From NCBI GenBank assembly GCA_964588985.1, contig CAZPQW010000009.1, positions 60,459 to 124,458 of the forward strand: a DNA stretch of 64,000 nt, given 5' to 3'. Position numbers and translations under genes: made by a program. Positions 1-9,746 of the stretch are shown one piece after another. Positions within the stretch are counted from its first letter, which is position 1. Each line of letters begins with the position of its first letter. Source of the stretch: an uncultured Solirubrobacteraceae bacterium (GTDB lineage Bacteria > Actinomycetota > Thermoleophilia > Solirubrobacterales > Solirubrobacteraceae). The notes under the pieces were generated by a model. That model searched no databases, was not told the origin of the DNA, and saw only the letters and a list, made by a program, of their open reading frames with translations.

Positions 1-750
1 CAGGCTCCCGTCGCCGTCGAGGGCGACGGAGTTGATGTGGGAGTAGTCCCAGTTGGCGCCCACGGGGGCGAAGGACTCCGCGAGCGGGATGTGCTCGAGG
101 CTGTGCCACTCGAGCAGCACCCTGCCGGTGGCGAGGTCGACCTCCTGGAAGATCGCGTCCTGGATCGTGCCGTCGCGCGCGCCGCCGACGCTCGAGAGGT
201 CGGCGCCGACGACCTGGTAACTGGTGATCAGCGCGGTGCCCTGGGGCGTGATGACGAACTCGTGCAGGTCGCCGCGCAGCCCGCCCGCGGCCTGGATGCG
301 GCGCACGGTGCGGTAGGCGGTGTCGGCGATCACGTATTCGCCGACGCCGTGGCCGAGTTCGATGTGTCCCTCCCACCACGTGAGCACCGGCTCGCCGCGA
401 TAGCTCTGGACCTTGAAGTTGGTGGTCACGATGCCCGCGACCGGGTTCTCCCAGATCGGCTCGCCGTGGTGGTCGACGATCACCGCGCCCGCCTGACCGT
501 AGGGGTTGTTGTAGGGGGCGATGAAGATCGGATCGGTGGAGGCGCCCTGCTCGTTGCGGAGCACCGTGAGCGCAGGGATCCTCAGGTCCGGGCGGCTGCG
601 CCACGCGGGCGGCCTCGGCGAGCGCCCGCTGCGGGCAGTGGCGGCGAGCACGACCTCGGTGACGCTGCCGGCGAGACCGAGCGTCATCGCGCCGAGCCCC
701 GCGGAGCGCAGCAGTTGACGACGAGTGACGCCGGTGCTTACCGTTGTCAT
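1..750 (-). CDS. Arylsulfotransferase (ASST)-family protein with Tat signal; 3' end runs off the window
   Basis: Manual translation from ATG at 750: MTTVSTGVTRRQLLRSAG (twin-arginine signal), SRPDL, GEPVLTWWEG, GDLHEFVIT, EWHSLEH, DYSHINSV motifs. Not in the ORF track because it is open-ended. Confidence 0.85.
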   Translation of the reverse strand, partial: MTTVSTGVTRRQLLRSAGLGAMTLGLAGSVTEVVLAATARSGRSPRPPAWRSRPDLRIPALTVLRNEQGASTDPIFIAPYNNPYGQAGAVIVDHHGEPIWENPVAGIVTTNFKVQSYRGEPVLTWWEGHIELGHGVGEYVIADTAYRTVRRIQAAGGLRGDLHEFVITPQGTALITSYQVVGADLSSVGGARDGTIQDAIFQEVDLATGRVLLEWHSLEHIPLAESFAPVGANWDYSHINSVALDGDGSL

Positions 751-837
751 AGCTAGCCCACAGCTAAGCGCACGAGCCGAAGGGGAACGTGAGGATCGCG
801 TAAGACGTTTCTGGGGAGGCGCCGGCGCGCGGGTCGT

Positions 838-1884
838 CTAGATCCAGCCGCGGGCGGTCGCCATGAGCACCGCCTGCGCGCGATCGATCGCGCCGAGCTT
901 GCCGTACACGTTGTGCAGATGGCTGCGGACGGTGCTCGTTGACAGTTCGAGCTCATCCGCGATCTGCTTGTAGATGCCGCCCTTGGCGAGGCCCTGGAGC
1001 ACCGACAGCTCGCGGTCGGTGAGCGGGCACGGATCGACGTGGCGCGCACGTTGGTTGGCCGTGGTCGGCAGCTCGTACATCAGCCCCCGCAGCTCGCGCG
1101 GGCTGATCCCCACTGCGTAGGCGGTGCGGCGCATGTGCCGAGGGGAGACGTTCGCGCCCTGCTCGTAGCGGGCGAGCATGTCCGCTAGCTGGATGAATGC
1201 GGCCTCGCCTTCGACCTCCTCGTTGTGGTGCTGCTCGACCGCCGACGCGATCGTGCCGGGCAGGCCCCAGCGCCTGAGGAGCACGCCGCCGACGAGGGCG
1301 TGGTCGACGCCCAGCTCCCTGCGCTCCTGATGAATGCGCTCCTCGGGTGTGCTCGCGCCGTTGTGGATCCGGCTCGGGTAGCCGGGGTAGGCGTTCGCGA
1401 GCACGAGCTTGCCGACGTCGTGCAGGAGGCTCGTGACCGCGAGACGGTCGCGGTGTTTGTAGCCCACCGCGCACGCGATCCGGTCGGCGACCCGCTGCGT
1501 CGCGACGGCGTGCAGCCGGAAGCGCTCGGGCGCGAAGTCCCAGCCGGTGGCGTGCTCGAAGAACTCGAACGTCACCGCATTCTCGGCCAGCTCGCGGAGC
1601 GCTTCGGGAGACAGCGCCTCGACCGCGCCAGGAACCGTGTCGATCAGCCCGCGACCCGACTGGCCGGCGTTCGCGCGGCGCAGGACGGCGATCACGAAGG
1701 CCACGTCGGACTCGATCGCCGAGACGACCTCGTCGGTGACGACGTGATCCTTGGCGGTGGCGGACAGCAGACGTGCGCGCGACTCCTCCAGAGCCGGGAA
1801 CGCATCGAGCGCTTCGAACGCCCTCGTCAGGCGACTGCCGTGGGTCTCGTTGTGGTGGCGCTGGGCAGCGACGGTTGCGGGCAT
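838..1884 (-). CDS. HDOD-domain protein fused to a C-terminal LuxR-type HTH
   Basis: LLHDVGKL and LGVDHALVG...WGLP HDOD motifs; C-terminal LTDRELSVL...LSTSTVRSHLHNVYGKLG LuxR HTH. Confidence 0.85.
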   Translation of the reverse strand: MPATVAAQRHHNETHGSRLTRAFEALDAFPALEESRARLLSATAKDHVVTDEVVSAIESDVAFVIAVLRRANAGQSGRGLIDTVPGAVEALSPEALRELAENAVTFEFFEHATGWDFAPERFRLHAVATQRVADRIACAVGYKHRDRLAVTSLLHDVGKLVLANAYPGYPSRIHNGASTPEERIHQERRELGVDHALVGGVLLRRWGLPGTIASAVEQHHNEEVEGEAAFIQLADMLARYEQGANVSPRHMRRTAYAVGISPRELRGLMYELPTTANQRARHVDPCPLTDRELSVLQGLAKGGIYKQIADELELSTSTVRSHLHNVYGKLGAIDRAQAVLMATARGWI

Positions 1885-2158
1885 GGCAGGTACATCCCTC
1901 CTGTCTCGAGGCGACGGTGGGCTGCCTGCTGCGACGATCGCCGTGAGGGCGGCGAGGGCGGTGCGGTGGGAAAGGATCGCAGCGGCAGCCTCTGAGTTAA
2001 CAACGGCTGGTTACCGGTGCTGCACGATCCGTAGTTAGCCCCTGATGTGGGTGTGGTTTGCCCGAGATTGATTGGCTGGCCTACGAACGGGGCGAACACC
2101 GTGGGGGCAACGCGCCCTCAACATGGACCCGCCGCCGCCTCCGGTATGGTTCTAATTG

Positions 2159-3277
2159 ATGGCTCTCCAAAACGAGATTGACCAGAGGCGCCGGGAGATT
2201 CAAACCGAGGGCTATCCCATGTCCGTTGGAGAGTTGCTGAATATCTATCGCGACGGAGATCTGGACATACATCCTGAGTTCCAGCGTTTTTTCCGGTGGA
2301 GCACTGCTCAGAAGTCCCGCTTCATCGAGTCTCTCCTACTCGGCATACCAATTCCGTCGCTGTTCGTTCATCAGCGTCAGGATGGTGTTTGGGACGTCAT
2401 AGACGGCCTTCAGCGACTGAGCACCATTTTTGAGTTCGTCGGGGTTCTAAAGGACTCCTCAGATCAACTTGTCAGACCTACCGCACTCACCGCAACTGAG
2501 TATCTACCTTCACTCGCTGGCGTCGTCTGGGATGACAACACCGATGGCTCCATCCCACTGACCCCCGATCAGCAACGCCTTATCAAGAGGGCGTCCATTG
2601 ATATAAAGATCGTAAAGCGCGAGAGCGACGAAGATGCAAAGTACGATCTGTTTCAGCGCCTCAACACTGGCGGATCCCAACTGTCCGACCAGGAGGTTCG
2701 CAACTGTCTCCTAATCATGGTGCGACCGGACTTCTACGGGTGGGTAAGAGGCCTACGCGACCTGGCAAGCTTTCAGCGCACCATCGCAATTTCCGACCGG
2801 GCCGTTGATGAGCAATATGACATGGAGCTCGCCATTAGATTCCTTGCACTCAAGAATGCTGACGCGGCCATCCTGAGAAACATTGGCGATATGAGTGACT
2901 TCCTTGATAAGCGATCTCTAGAATTTGCGCGCAGCGACCAATTTGACCTGGACACCGAAGGCAATACCTTTGCCCAGACCTTTGACATCCTAGACTCTGC
3001 CCTGGGAGACGATGCGTTTCGACGATACGACGGGGTCACCGATAGGTTTCTTGGAGGATTTGCCGTATCAGCCTTTGAGGCCATCACGGTGGGAGTACAC
3101 GCGAATCTCGACGCGTGGACCAAACTTGACGCAAGCGAGCGAAACGTAAGTTTGAGAGGTCGCGCTCAACAACTATGGAGCGATCAGGAGTTCCGGACCA
3201 ACTCTGGTAGCGGCATTCGTGCTTCAGGACGGATTCCTAAGACAGTACCTAGGGGCCGCGCACTGTTTACGCCGTGA
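2159..3277 (+). CDS. DUF262 (GmrSD N-terminal/ParB-like) domain protein
   Basis: PEFQR, VIDGLQRL and LFQRLNTGG signature motifs; AT-richer codon usage than the flanks. Confidence 0.85.
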   Translation: MALQNEIDQRRREIQTEGYPMSVGELLNIYRDGDLDIHPEFQRFFRWSTAQKSRFIESLLLGIPIPSLFVHQRQDGVWDVIDGLQRLSTIFEFVGVLKDSSDQLVRPTALTATEYLPSLAGVVWDDNTDGSIPLTPDQQRLIKRASIDIKIVKRESDEDAKYDLFQRLNTGGSQLSDQEVRNCLLIMVRPDFYGWVRGLRDLASFQRTIAISDRAVDEQYDMELAIRFLALKNADAAILRNIGDMSDFLDKRSLEFARSDQFDLDTEGNTFAQTFDILDSALGDDAFRRYDGVTDRFLGGFAVSAFEAITVGVHANLDAWTKLDASERNVSLRGRAQQLWSDQEFRTNSGSGIRASGRIPKTVPRGRALFTP

Positions 3278-3912
3278 AGCTTCGTAGCCTGTCCGAGCTA
3301 GAACTGGCTGTTGACCGTGAGACGGCTTGGCGGAAGCGTGAGCTCGTCACGATCTTGTTCCACGCGCGAGAGTCCCGTGCTACTAAGGCGCCGACGGCAT
3401 TGCGCGCCGGCGTGGCGCTCCTCTATGCGCATTGGGAGGGATGGATTAAGAACATAGCGACCTATTATTTGGATTACGTAGCCCGCCAGCGATTGACTTA
3501 CGAGCAGCTGAGTACTCCATTTTTTGCTCTTGCATTGAAGCAGCGGATGACCAAACTCAGCGAAGCGACAACGGCTAATCCTCATATTGAGTTTGCGGAA
3601 TTTCTCCGTAATGAGCTTTCAAACCCCGCCTACCTCAACTCCAAGGGCGCCGTGATCACGGCGGCAAACCTGAGTTCCTCAGTACTACGCGATATCCTTG
3701 CAAAGCTGGGCATCGACCAGCATCCGTACGAACTGCAAGCCAATCTCATAGATCAAGGCCTTCTCTTTAGACGAAACAATATTGCTCATGGCGAGTTCCT
3801 CGAAGTAAGCATGAGCGATTTCGAGGTACTGCACTCGGAGATTACTGAGCTGTTGATAATGTTCGCCGCAGACACCCTCAATTGCGCTGCAACCCGCGAC
3901 TACCGAATTTAG
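3274..3912 (+). CDS. HEPN-like nuclease, MAE_28990/MAE_18760 family
   Basis: WRKRE, LLYAHWEGW and RxxxxH motif RNNIAH; GTGA overlap with the DUF262 gene. Confidence 0.8.
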   Translation: MKLRSLSELELAVDRETAWRKRELVTILFHARESRATKAPTALRAGVALLYAHWEGWIKNIATYYLDYVARQRLTYEQLSTPFFALALKQRMTKLSEATTANPHIEFAEFLRNELSNPAYLNSKGAVITAANLSSSVLRDILAKLGIDQHPYELQANLIDQGLLFRRNNIAHGEFLEVSMSDFEVLHSEITELLIMFAADTLNCAATRDYRI

Positions 3913-4136
3913 CCACGTTGCTGCTGATTCGAGCTGCTCAATTTCCCCACGTCTTCACTACCTCGCACCTGATGCACTCCATTCTCGCGGTAGACGCTGC
4001 CACGCAGCATAGACTCAGACCGCTTGCTCGCGGGTAAAGAGCACTCGCCAGTCATCGACTTGCAGACCAGCCTTTCCCGCTGGTCGGGCCAACAAGGTCA
4101 CGCTATTTCGAGAAGCGCAATAGACGCGTTCGCTGG

Positions 4137-4412
4137 TCAGGCAGCCGCAAGTATCGACTTCAGCGCGTCAGCTTCGAGATGCTCAGGCGGCAGTGTCAGA
4201 GTGAGCCTGCCGTCCCGCTCGAGCGTATGACGGACGTTCAGCAGCGTGAGACCGATCACGGCCCCGGTCTCGTCGTAATGAATCGCGTGTCCGTCGGGCG
4301 TCTCGAGACCACGGGCTGCAGGGCGTGGCTCCCCTACATTCAGGTAGAGCACGTCTCCGCGCTCGTCGTAGTGGTGATGGTCGAAGGAGATACCAGCGAT
4401 GGTGATATTCAT
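4137..4412 (-). CDS. DUF2283-type protein (putative antitoxin)
   Basis: YDERGDVLYL...HYDETGAVIGLTLL pattern; ATGA overlap with the upstream gene. Confidence 0.7.
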   Translation of the reverse strand: MNITIAGISFDHHHYDERGDVLYLNVGEPRPAARGLETPDGHAIHYDETGAVIGLTLLNVRHTLERDGRLTLTLPPEHLEADALKSILAAA

Positions 4413-4711
4413 GGCTTCCAGCCTCGCGGGGGGTTCTGTTGGACCAGCGCGGTCACGACCCACGCAGGATCTTCGTTGAAGTCTACGACCACCCGCAGCC
4501 AACGGCGAGGGTCGACGTGTCTGCGGTAGAAATGCTCACGGCCAGGGAGCAGGTCGGAAGCGCGGTGGTCTGGGTGGGCTACCGTCCCGAGGATCAGGTC
4601 AATCTCCTCCATCAGCTCGGGCCGACCGAGTGCCAAATGCAGGCGCGTGCCAGCGTCGAAGACTACGCGGCGGCCTTCGGGGTCCCTGGTGCTTGGATGG
4701 TGGTGTGCCAC
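4409..4711 (-). CDS. Putative RelE-like/DUF4258-type toxin
   Basis: 100 aa; H..GRPEL and WLRVVV...WVVTA C-terminal pattern; translationally coupled to the DUF2283 gene; TAGCTT -10 box 6 nt before the GTG. Confidence 0.55.
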   Translation of the reverse strand: MAHHHPSTRDPEGRRVVFDAGTRLHLALGRPELMEEIDLILGTVAHPDHRASDLLPGREHFYRRHVDPRRWLRVVVDFNEDPAWVVTALVQQNPPRGWKP

Positions 4712-4779
4712 ACCAGGAAGCTACGTCCAGCCTGAGACGAAACGCGCAAGCCTGTCGAACGCAGCGGATCGCCTGAAAG

Positions 4780-4853
4780 TGGGCCCGGCAGGACTCGAAC
4801 CTGCGACCTATCGATTATGAGTCGACAGCTCTAACCAACTGAGCTACGGGCCC
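4780..4853 (-). tRNA. tRNA with CAT anticodon, most likely tRNA-Ile2 (lysidine)
   Basis: GGGCCCGTAGCTCAGTTGGTTAGAGCTGTCGACTCATAATCGATAGGTCGCAGGTTCGAGTCCTGCCGGGCCCA folds as a cloverleaf; loop CTCATAA; lacks initiator features; CCA not encoded. Confidence 0.9.
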
Positions 4854-4997
4854 TCCACGCGCTCGGGCCTCTCGGCTCTCGCGCGCGAGCCAGACGCTAC
4901 CAGCGGGATGCGCCGCGGACCAGATGTGGGATGCTCCCGCCCGGCCTTGCTGTCAAGGCCGCGCATCGATTCCGCAACCACAGGAGGGGGCCGCAGC

Positions 4998-5723
4998 ATG
5001 TCAGCACAGCGCGCAGCAATCGTCACCGGAGCATCCAGCGGGATCGGGCTCGCGATCGCGAGGATCCTCGGCGAGGAGGGCTACGGGCTCACCGTCGCCG
5101 CGCGCCGCCCCGACAAGCTGGAGGCCGCCGCGCAGGGGCTCGTCGCTGAGGGCTTCGACGTGCAGGCCATCGCGGCGAACGTCTCCGACGAGGCCGAGAT
5201 CCAGAAGGTGGTCGCCGCCCACCGCGAGCGCTACGGCCGGCTCGACGTGCTCGTCAACAACGCCGGTGTGGGCGTGGGGGCGGCAGTCGCTGACATCCAG
5301 ACCAAGCACATCGACATGCAGCTCGACATCAACCTGCGCTCGATCGTCCTCTTCTACCGCGAGTGCATGGGGATGCTGCGCGAGGCCGCCGCGGAGACCA
5401 AGAACGTGCTCGTCGTCAACACCTCCTCGATCTCCGGCAAGCACGGCGAGGCGTGGCTGTCCGTCTACTCCGCCACCAAGCACGGCGTGGTCGGCTGGAC
5501 CGAAGCGATGAACAAGGAGCTCGGCAAGGAGGGCATCAAGTCGACCGCCCTGTGCCCCGCGTTCGTGGACACGCCGATGACCGACTTCGCCAAGGAGCAC
5601 GTGCCCGCCGATGAGATGATCCGCCCCGAGGACATCGCGGAGGCGGTGCGCTACCTGCTGAAGGTCTCCCCCGCGTGCGTGGTGCCGGAGATGATGTTCG
5701 TGCGTCCTGGCGACTCGCTGTAG
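4998..5723 (+). CDS. Short-chain dehydrogenase/reductase
   Basis: TGASSGIG, NNAG, YSATK motifs; AGGAGG RBS upstream. Confidence 0.95.
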   Translation: MSAQRAAIVTGASSGIGLAIARILGEEGYGLTVAARRPDKLEAAAQGLVAEGFDVQAIAANVSDEAEIQKVVAAHRERYGRLDVLVNNAGVGVGAAVADIQTKHIDMQLDINLRSIVLFYRECMGMLREAAAETKNVLVVNTSSISGKHGEAWLSVYSATKHGVVGWTEAMNKELGKEGIKSTALCPAFVDTPMTDFAKEHVPADEMIRPEDIAEAVRYLLKVSPACVVPEMMFVRPGDSL

Positions 5724-5734
5724 GGTTTGCGGCG

Positions 5735-6769
5735 ATGAAGCTCGGCGTGCACATCGGCTACTGGGGTCTGGGCCTCAGCTCGCAGGACCAGCTCACGATC
5801 GTCCAGGAGGCCGAGCGTCTGGGCTATGACTCGGTGTGGGCCGCCGAGGCCTACGGCTCCGACACCGCCACCGTGCTGGGCTGGCTAGCGGGGCAGACCT
5901 CGAAGATCCGCCTCGGCTCGGGCATCTTCCAGATGCCGGGCCGCTCCGCGGCGATGACCGCGATGACCGCCGCCACGATCGACCAGCTGTCGAACGGGCG
6001 CATGATCTGCGGCATCGGCTCCTCCGGCCCGCAGGTCGCCGAGGGCTGGCACGGGCAGCGCTTCGCCAAGCAGCTGCAGCGCACGCGCGAGTACGTCGCG
6101 GTGATCCGCATGGCGCTCGCGCGCGAACGCGTGGAGTTCCACGGCGAGACGCTCGAGCTGCCGCTCCCCGACGGCCCCGGCAAGGCGCTCAAGCTCACGA
6201 TCTCCCCGGTCCAGGAGCGCATCCCGATCTACCTCGCTGCGATCGGGCCGAAGAACACCGCGCTCGCGGGCGAGATCGCCGACGGCTGGATCCCGACGCT
6301 GTTCTCCCCCGAGCACGTCTCCGACCTGCGCCCGCTGCTGCAGGAAGGCGCCGACCGGTCGGGCAAATCGCTCGAGGACTTCGACATCGCTCCGACCGTG
6401 AGCCTCTGCATCACCGACGACCTCGAGGGCGCACGCAACACGATGCGACCGTTCATCGCGCTGTATGTCGGCGGGATGGGCTCGCGCAAGCAGAACTTCT
6501 ACAACCAGCTCGTGAGCCGCTACGGCTACGAGGCGGAGGCGAAGGTCATCCAGGACCTGTACCTCGAAGGCAAGCGCGAGGAGGCGATGGCGGCGGTCCC
6601 CGACGCGCTCATCGACCAGGTCTCGCTGTGCGGGCCGAAGGACGTGGTGCGCGAGCGGATCGCGGTGTACCGCGACGCGGGCGTCGGCACGCTCGGCGTG
6701 ACCCCCACCGCGTTCACCGCGCCAGAGCGCCTCGAGCAGCTGCGCCTACTCGCCGAGCTCGCAGCCTGA
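5735..6769 (+). CDS. LLM-class (probably F420-dependent) oxidoreductase
   Basis: AERLGYDSVWAAEAYGSD, GSSGPQVAEGWHG, YLAAIGPKN...GEIADGW. Confidence 0.9.
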   Translation: MKLGVHIGYWGLGLSSQDQLTIVQEAERLGYDSVWAAEAYGSDTATVLGWLAGQTSKIRLGSGIFQMPGRSAAMTAMTAATIDQLSNGRMICGIGSSGPQVAEGWHGQRFAKQLQRTREYVAVIRMALARERVEFHGETLELPLPDGPGKALKLTISPVQERIPIYLAAIGPKNTALAGEIADGWIPTLFSPEHVSDLRPLLQEGADRSGKSLEDFDIAPTVSLCITDDLEGARNTMRPFIALYVGGMGSRKQNFYNQLVSRYGYEAEAKVIQDLYLEGKREEAMAAVPDALIDQVSLCGPKDVVRERIAVYRDAGVGTLGVTPTAFTAPERLEQLRLLAELAA

Positions 6770-6782
6770 TCCGAACCGTCGC

Positions 6783-7985
6783 GTGACGGACACCGCCGGC
6801 CCTCCGAGACGTGTGCTGCTGGGCGCCTTCGGCGACCCCGGCCACGCATTCCCGATGATCGCCCTCGGACGCGCGCTCGCCGCGCGCGGCCACGAGGTGA
6901 CGCTGCAGACGTGGAAGCGCTGGCAGGAGCCGATCGAAGCGGAGGGGCTCGCGTTCGCCGCCGCGCCGGAGTACCACGTGTTCCCCTCCGGCCCGGAGCC
7001 GCTCGACTTCTACGAGGCGGTCGTCCACGCCACCAAGGACACGCTCCCGCTCGTCGCCGAGCTGCAGCCCGATGTCGTGGTCGCCGACATCCTCACGCTC
7101 GCCCCCGCGCTCGCCGCGGAGAGCCACGGCGTCCCCTACGCGACGCTCATCCCCCACGTGCACCCGCACGTGCTGCCCGGCTCGCCGATCTACTCCCTCG
7201 GCGCGCGTCTGCCGCGCAGCCCGATCGGTCGCGCGTTCTGGCGGCGCATGCAGGCGCCCGTCGCCAAAGGACTCGAGCTGGGGCGCATGGAGCTCAACCA
7301 GACACGCGCACGGCTCGACCTGCCGCCCGTGGAGCACGTCCACGGCGGCATCAGCCGCTCGCTCGCGCTCGTCGCCACGTTCCCGCAGCTGGAGTACCCG
7401 CGGCCGTGGCCAGAGGGCGTGCACGTGGTGGGGCCGCTCATGTGGGAGCCGCCGACACAAGACGTGGAACTGCCTGATGGAGATGATCCGCTCGTGCTCG
7501 TCGCGCCATCCACCGCACAGGATCCCGAGCACACCCTGCTGCGCTCCGCTCTGGAGGGTCTAGCCGATGCTCCTGTGCGCGTGCTCGCGACGTGGAACCG
7601 GCGTCTGCCGCCGGTGCCTCTGCCGGTGCCCGACAACGCGCGGGTCGTCGACTGGGTCTCCTACTCGCGCACGATGCCCCACTGCGACGTGGTCGTCTGC
7701 CACGCCGGCCACGGAACGCTCGCCCGGGCGCTCGCCTGCGGCTGCGCCGTCGTGGCGGCCCCGGCGATCGGCGACATGAACGAGAACGCCGCGCGGCTCG
7801 ACTGGTCGGGCGCCGGTGTGCGGGTGCCGCGGCGGTTCGTCTCGCCGCGACCGATACGGCTCGCGGTCGAAAGAGCGCTCGGCGAGCCGTCGATCAGGGC
7901 GCGGGCGCGGGAGCTTGGGGCTTGGAGCGAGGGACACGACGCGGGCGAGACCGCCGCACGGCTGGTGGAGCAGCTCGCGGGCTAA
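6783..7985 (+). CDS. Family 1 (GT-B) glycosyltransferase
   Basis: GDPGHAFP N-terminal motif and VVCHAGHGT sugar-nucleotide motif. Confidence 0.9.
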   Translation: MTDTAGPPRRVLLGAFGDPGHAFPMIALGRALAARGHEVTLQTWKRWQEPIEAEGLAFAAAPEYHVFPSGPEPLDFYEAVVHATKDTLPLVAELQPDVVVADILTLAPALAAESHGVPYATLIPHVHPHVLPGSPIYSLGARLPRSPIGRAFWRRMQAPVAKGLELGRMELNQTRARLDLPPVEHVHGGISRSLALVATFPQLEYPRPWPEGVHVVGPLMWEPPTQDVELPDGDDPLVLVAPSTAQDPEHTLLRSALEGLADAPVRVLATWNRRLPPVPLPVPDNARVVDWVSYSRTMPHCDVVVCHAGHGTLARALACGCAVVAAPAIGDMNENAARLDWSGAGVRVPRRFVSPRPIRLAVERALGEPSIRARARELGAWSEGHDAGETAARLVEQLAG

Positions 7986-8001
7986 GAGAAGGTATTGCGC
8001 C

Positions 8002-8871
8002 TCAAGCCACTGCTGCCGCTGGCGGCGACGGCACATCTGCCCGAGCGTCAGGGCCGGGCGCGAGGTTCCGGTCGACGTGCTCGACGATCAGCTTCGTCAC
8101 GAGCTTGGTGTCGTCCCACATCGGCGCGTGTCCGCAGTCGGCGAGCGTGACCGCCTTGACACCCGGTATCTCGCGGCGGTAGCGCGGGGCGTGTCGAGGG
8201 CCGGGTAGTACGCGGTCGAACTGCGGGGTGGCCAACAGCACCGGGCAGGTGATCCGATCGAGATCGCCGATCGTGAGCCCGGCGTTGTCGGCGCGCAGCT
8301 CTCGGATCGCTCTCTGGCTGATGGAGCAGCTCATCGCAGCCTGCGATATCTCGGCTGCATCCGCGGGGGATACGAGCTCTCCGTGGCGCATGATTTCCCT
8401 GAACGCCAGCCGGCGAGTCCCGGGACGTCTCATGATCCGCTCGCTCCAGGCGTGGGTTCGCTCGAGCATCTTGATCTGCCTCGCGAAGAACGTCCCGATG
8501 CGCGGCCCCTCCCCGTCGCCCCGGCTCCAGCCGCCGGCGGGCGCGAGCGCGACGACCGAGCGCGCACGGCCGCGCTTGGCCAGCTCGAGTGCGATGCCGC
8601 CGCCCATCGAGTTGCCGACGAAGTGCGCCGTGCTGACGCCCAGCTCGTCCAGCAGCGCCTCGATCGCGTCGGTGGAGCGCTCGAACGTGATCGGCTGATC
8701 GGCGGGATAGGTGGGGCCGCCGTGGTGGCCTGGCAGCGTCGGGGCGATCACCTCGTAGCGAGCGGCGAGGTCGGCCAGGATCGGATGCCAGATCCTCCAC
8801 GCCGCGGTGAACCCGTGCAGCAGCACCACTGGCTCGCCAGATCCTGCCCTATAGATCGCAGCCTCGGACAT
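8002..8871 (-). CDS. Alpha/beta hydrolase
   Basis: LLHGF, GNSMGG nucleophile elbow, CGHAP; start trimmed to MSEAAIY. Confidence 0.9.
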   Translation of the reverse strand: MSEAAIYRAGSGEPVVLLHGFTAAWRIWHPILADLAARYEVIAPTLPGHHGGPTYPADQPITFERSTDAIEALLDELGVSTAHFVGNSMGGGIALELAKRGRARSVVALAPAGGWSRGDGEGPRIGTFFARQIKMLERTHAWSERIMRRPGTRRLAFREIMRHGELVSPADAAEISQAAMSCSISQRAIRELRADNAGLTIGDLDRITCPVLLATPQFDRVLPGPRHAPRYRREIPGVKAVTLADCGHAPMWDDTKLVTKLIVEHVDRNLAPGPDARADVPSPPAAAVA

Positions 8872-8929
8872 CGACTCCGATTCTACCCGTGCCGTTGCCT
8901 GCCGCCGGTGGTTGGCAAAATGTGGAGGG

Positions 8930-9523
8930 ATGCCTGATGAGCTTCCTGAGCTGCTCGTCGCCGACAGAGCCCGCTGGCGATCCTGGCTCGGCGCACACCA
9001 TCGGGATGAGAGTGGTGTGTGGCTCGTGCTCGCCAAGAAGCACGTGATCGAGCCGACCAGGCTCAGCTACGACGAGGCGCTCGAAGAGGCTCTGTGTCAC
9101 GGCTGGATCGACGGGCAGGTACGGCGCCGCGACGAGCGTACATTTCGCCAGCGGTTCACCCCCAGGCGGACGCGCAGCTCGTGGTCACAACGCAACGTCG
9201 GTCTCGTCGAGCGACTACAGGCCGAAGGCTTGATGCACCCGGCGGGGCTAGCGGCGGTCGCGCTGGCGAAGGACGATGGACGCTGGGATGCTGCCTACGC
9301 AGGTCAGGCAACGATCGAGGTGCCGGCGGACCTCACCGCGGCGCTCGACGTCGAGCCACGCGCCAAGGCGATGTTCGATCATCTCAGCAGTCAAAACCGA
9401 TACTCGGTCCTCTACAGGATTCACGAGGCCAAGCGCAGCGACACCCGCGCGCGGCGCATCGAGCGTTTCGTGGCGATGCTGGCGCGCGGCGAGACCATCC
9501 ATCCACAGGACAAAGCCAAGTAG
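8930..9523 (+). CDS. YdeI/OmpD-associated family protein
   Basis: ALCHGWIDG, FTPRR..S.WS..N, TRARRIE..V.ML motifs. Confidence 0.9.
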   Translation: MPDELPELLVADRARWRSWLGAHHRDESGVWLVLAKKHVIEPTRLSYDEALEEALCHGWIDGQVRRRDERTFRQRFTPRRTRSSWSQRNVGLVERLQAEGLMHPAGLAAVALAKDDGRWDAAYAGQATIEVPADLTAALDVEPRAKAMFDHLSSQNRYSVLYRIHEAKRSDTRARRIERFVAMLARGETIHPQDKAK

Positions 9524-9577
9524 CAGCCTGCGCCGATGGCGGCTAGAGAGCGGGTAGCGCAAGCGCCGCCGCGGCGT

Positions 9578-9683
9578 GACCCGGCGGCCGTGCTCGATCA
9601 GGTCCCTGACCTCGCCGAGTGGCTACGCGGCGCGATGCGCCGCACCGGCCTTGAGCCGTTGTGCGGGAAGAAGCTCCGGGGGT
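9578..9683 (+). pseudogene. Internally deleted relic of a serine-recombinase 3' tail ending in a tRNA-Asn 3'-end core
   Basis: 9578-9628 matches 11328-11378 at 45/51 nt (DPAAVLDQVPDL[A/S]EWLR); MRRTGLEPL vs MLRTGLQPL; ends in CTCCGGGGGT. Confidence 0.7.
9674..9683. repeat. att-like direct repeat of the tRNA-Asn 3' end (partner copy 11535-11544)
   Basis: CTCCGGGGGT is identical at both sites and follows homologous recombinase-tail sequence in both. Confidence 0.65.
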
Positions 9684-9746
9684 CTGCACTGACGCCGGGG
9701 ACAACGCTGGCGCAGGACTACCGACTGAGCGCCTAACGGCGCAGCC

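Noticed and set aside
37-756. 239-aa plus-strand ORF
   Set aside because: Shadow of the minus-strand arylsulfotransferase gene
1990-2150. Distal att copy of the tRNA-Ile2 3' end
   Set aside because: No convincing match to TGGGCCCGGCAGGACTCGAACC found by eye
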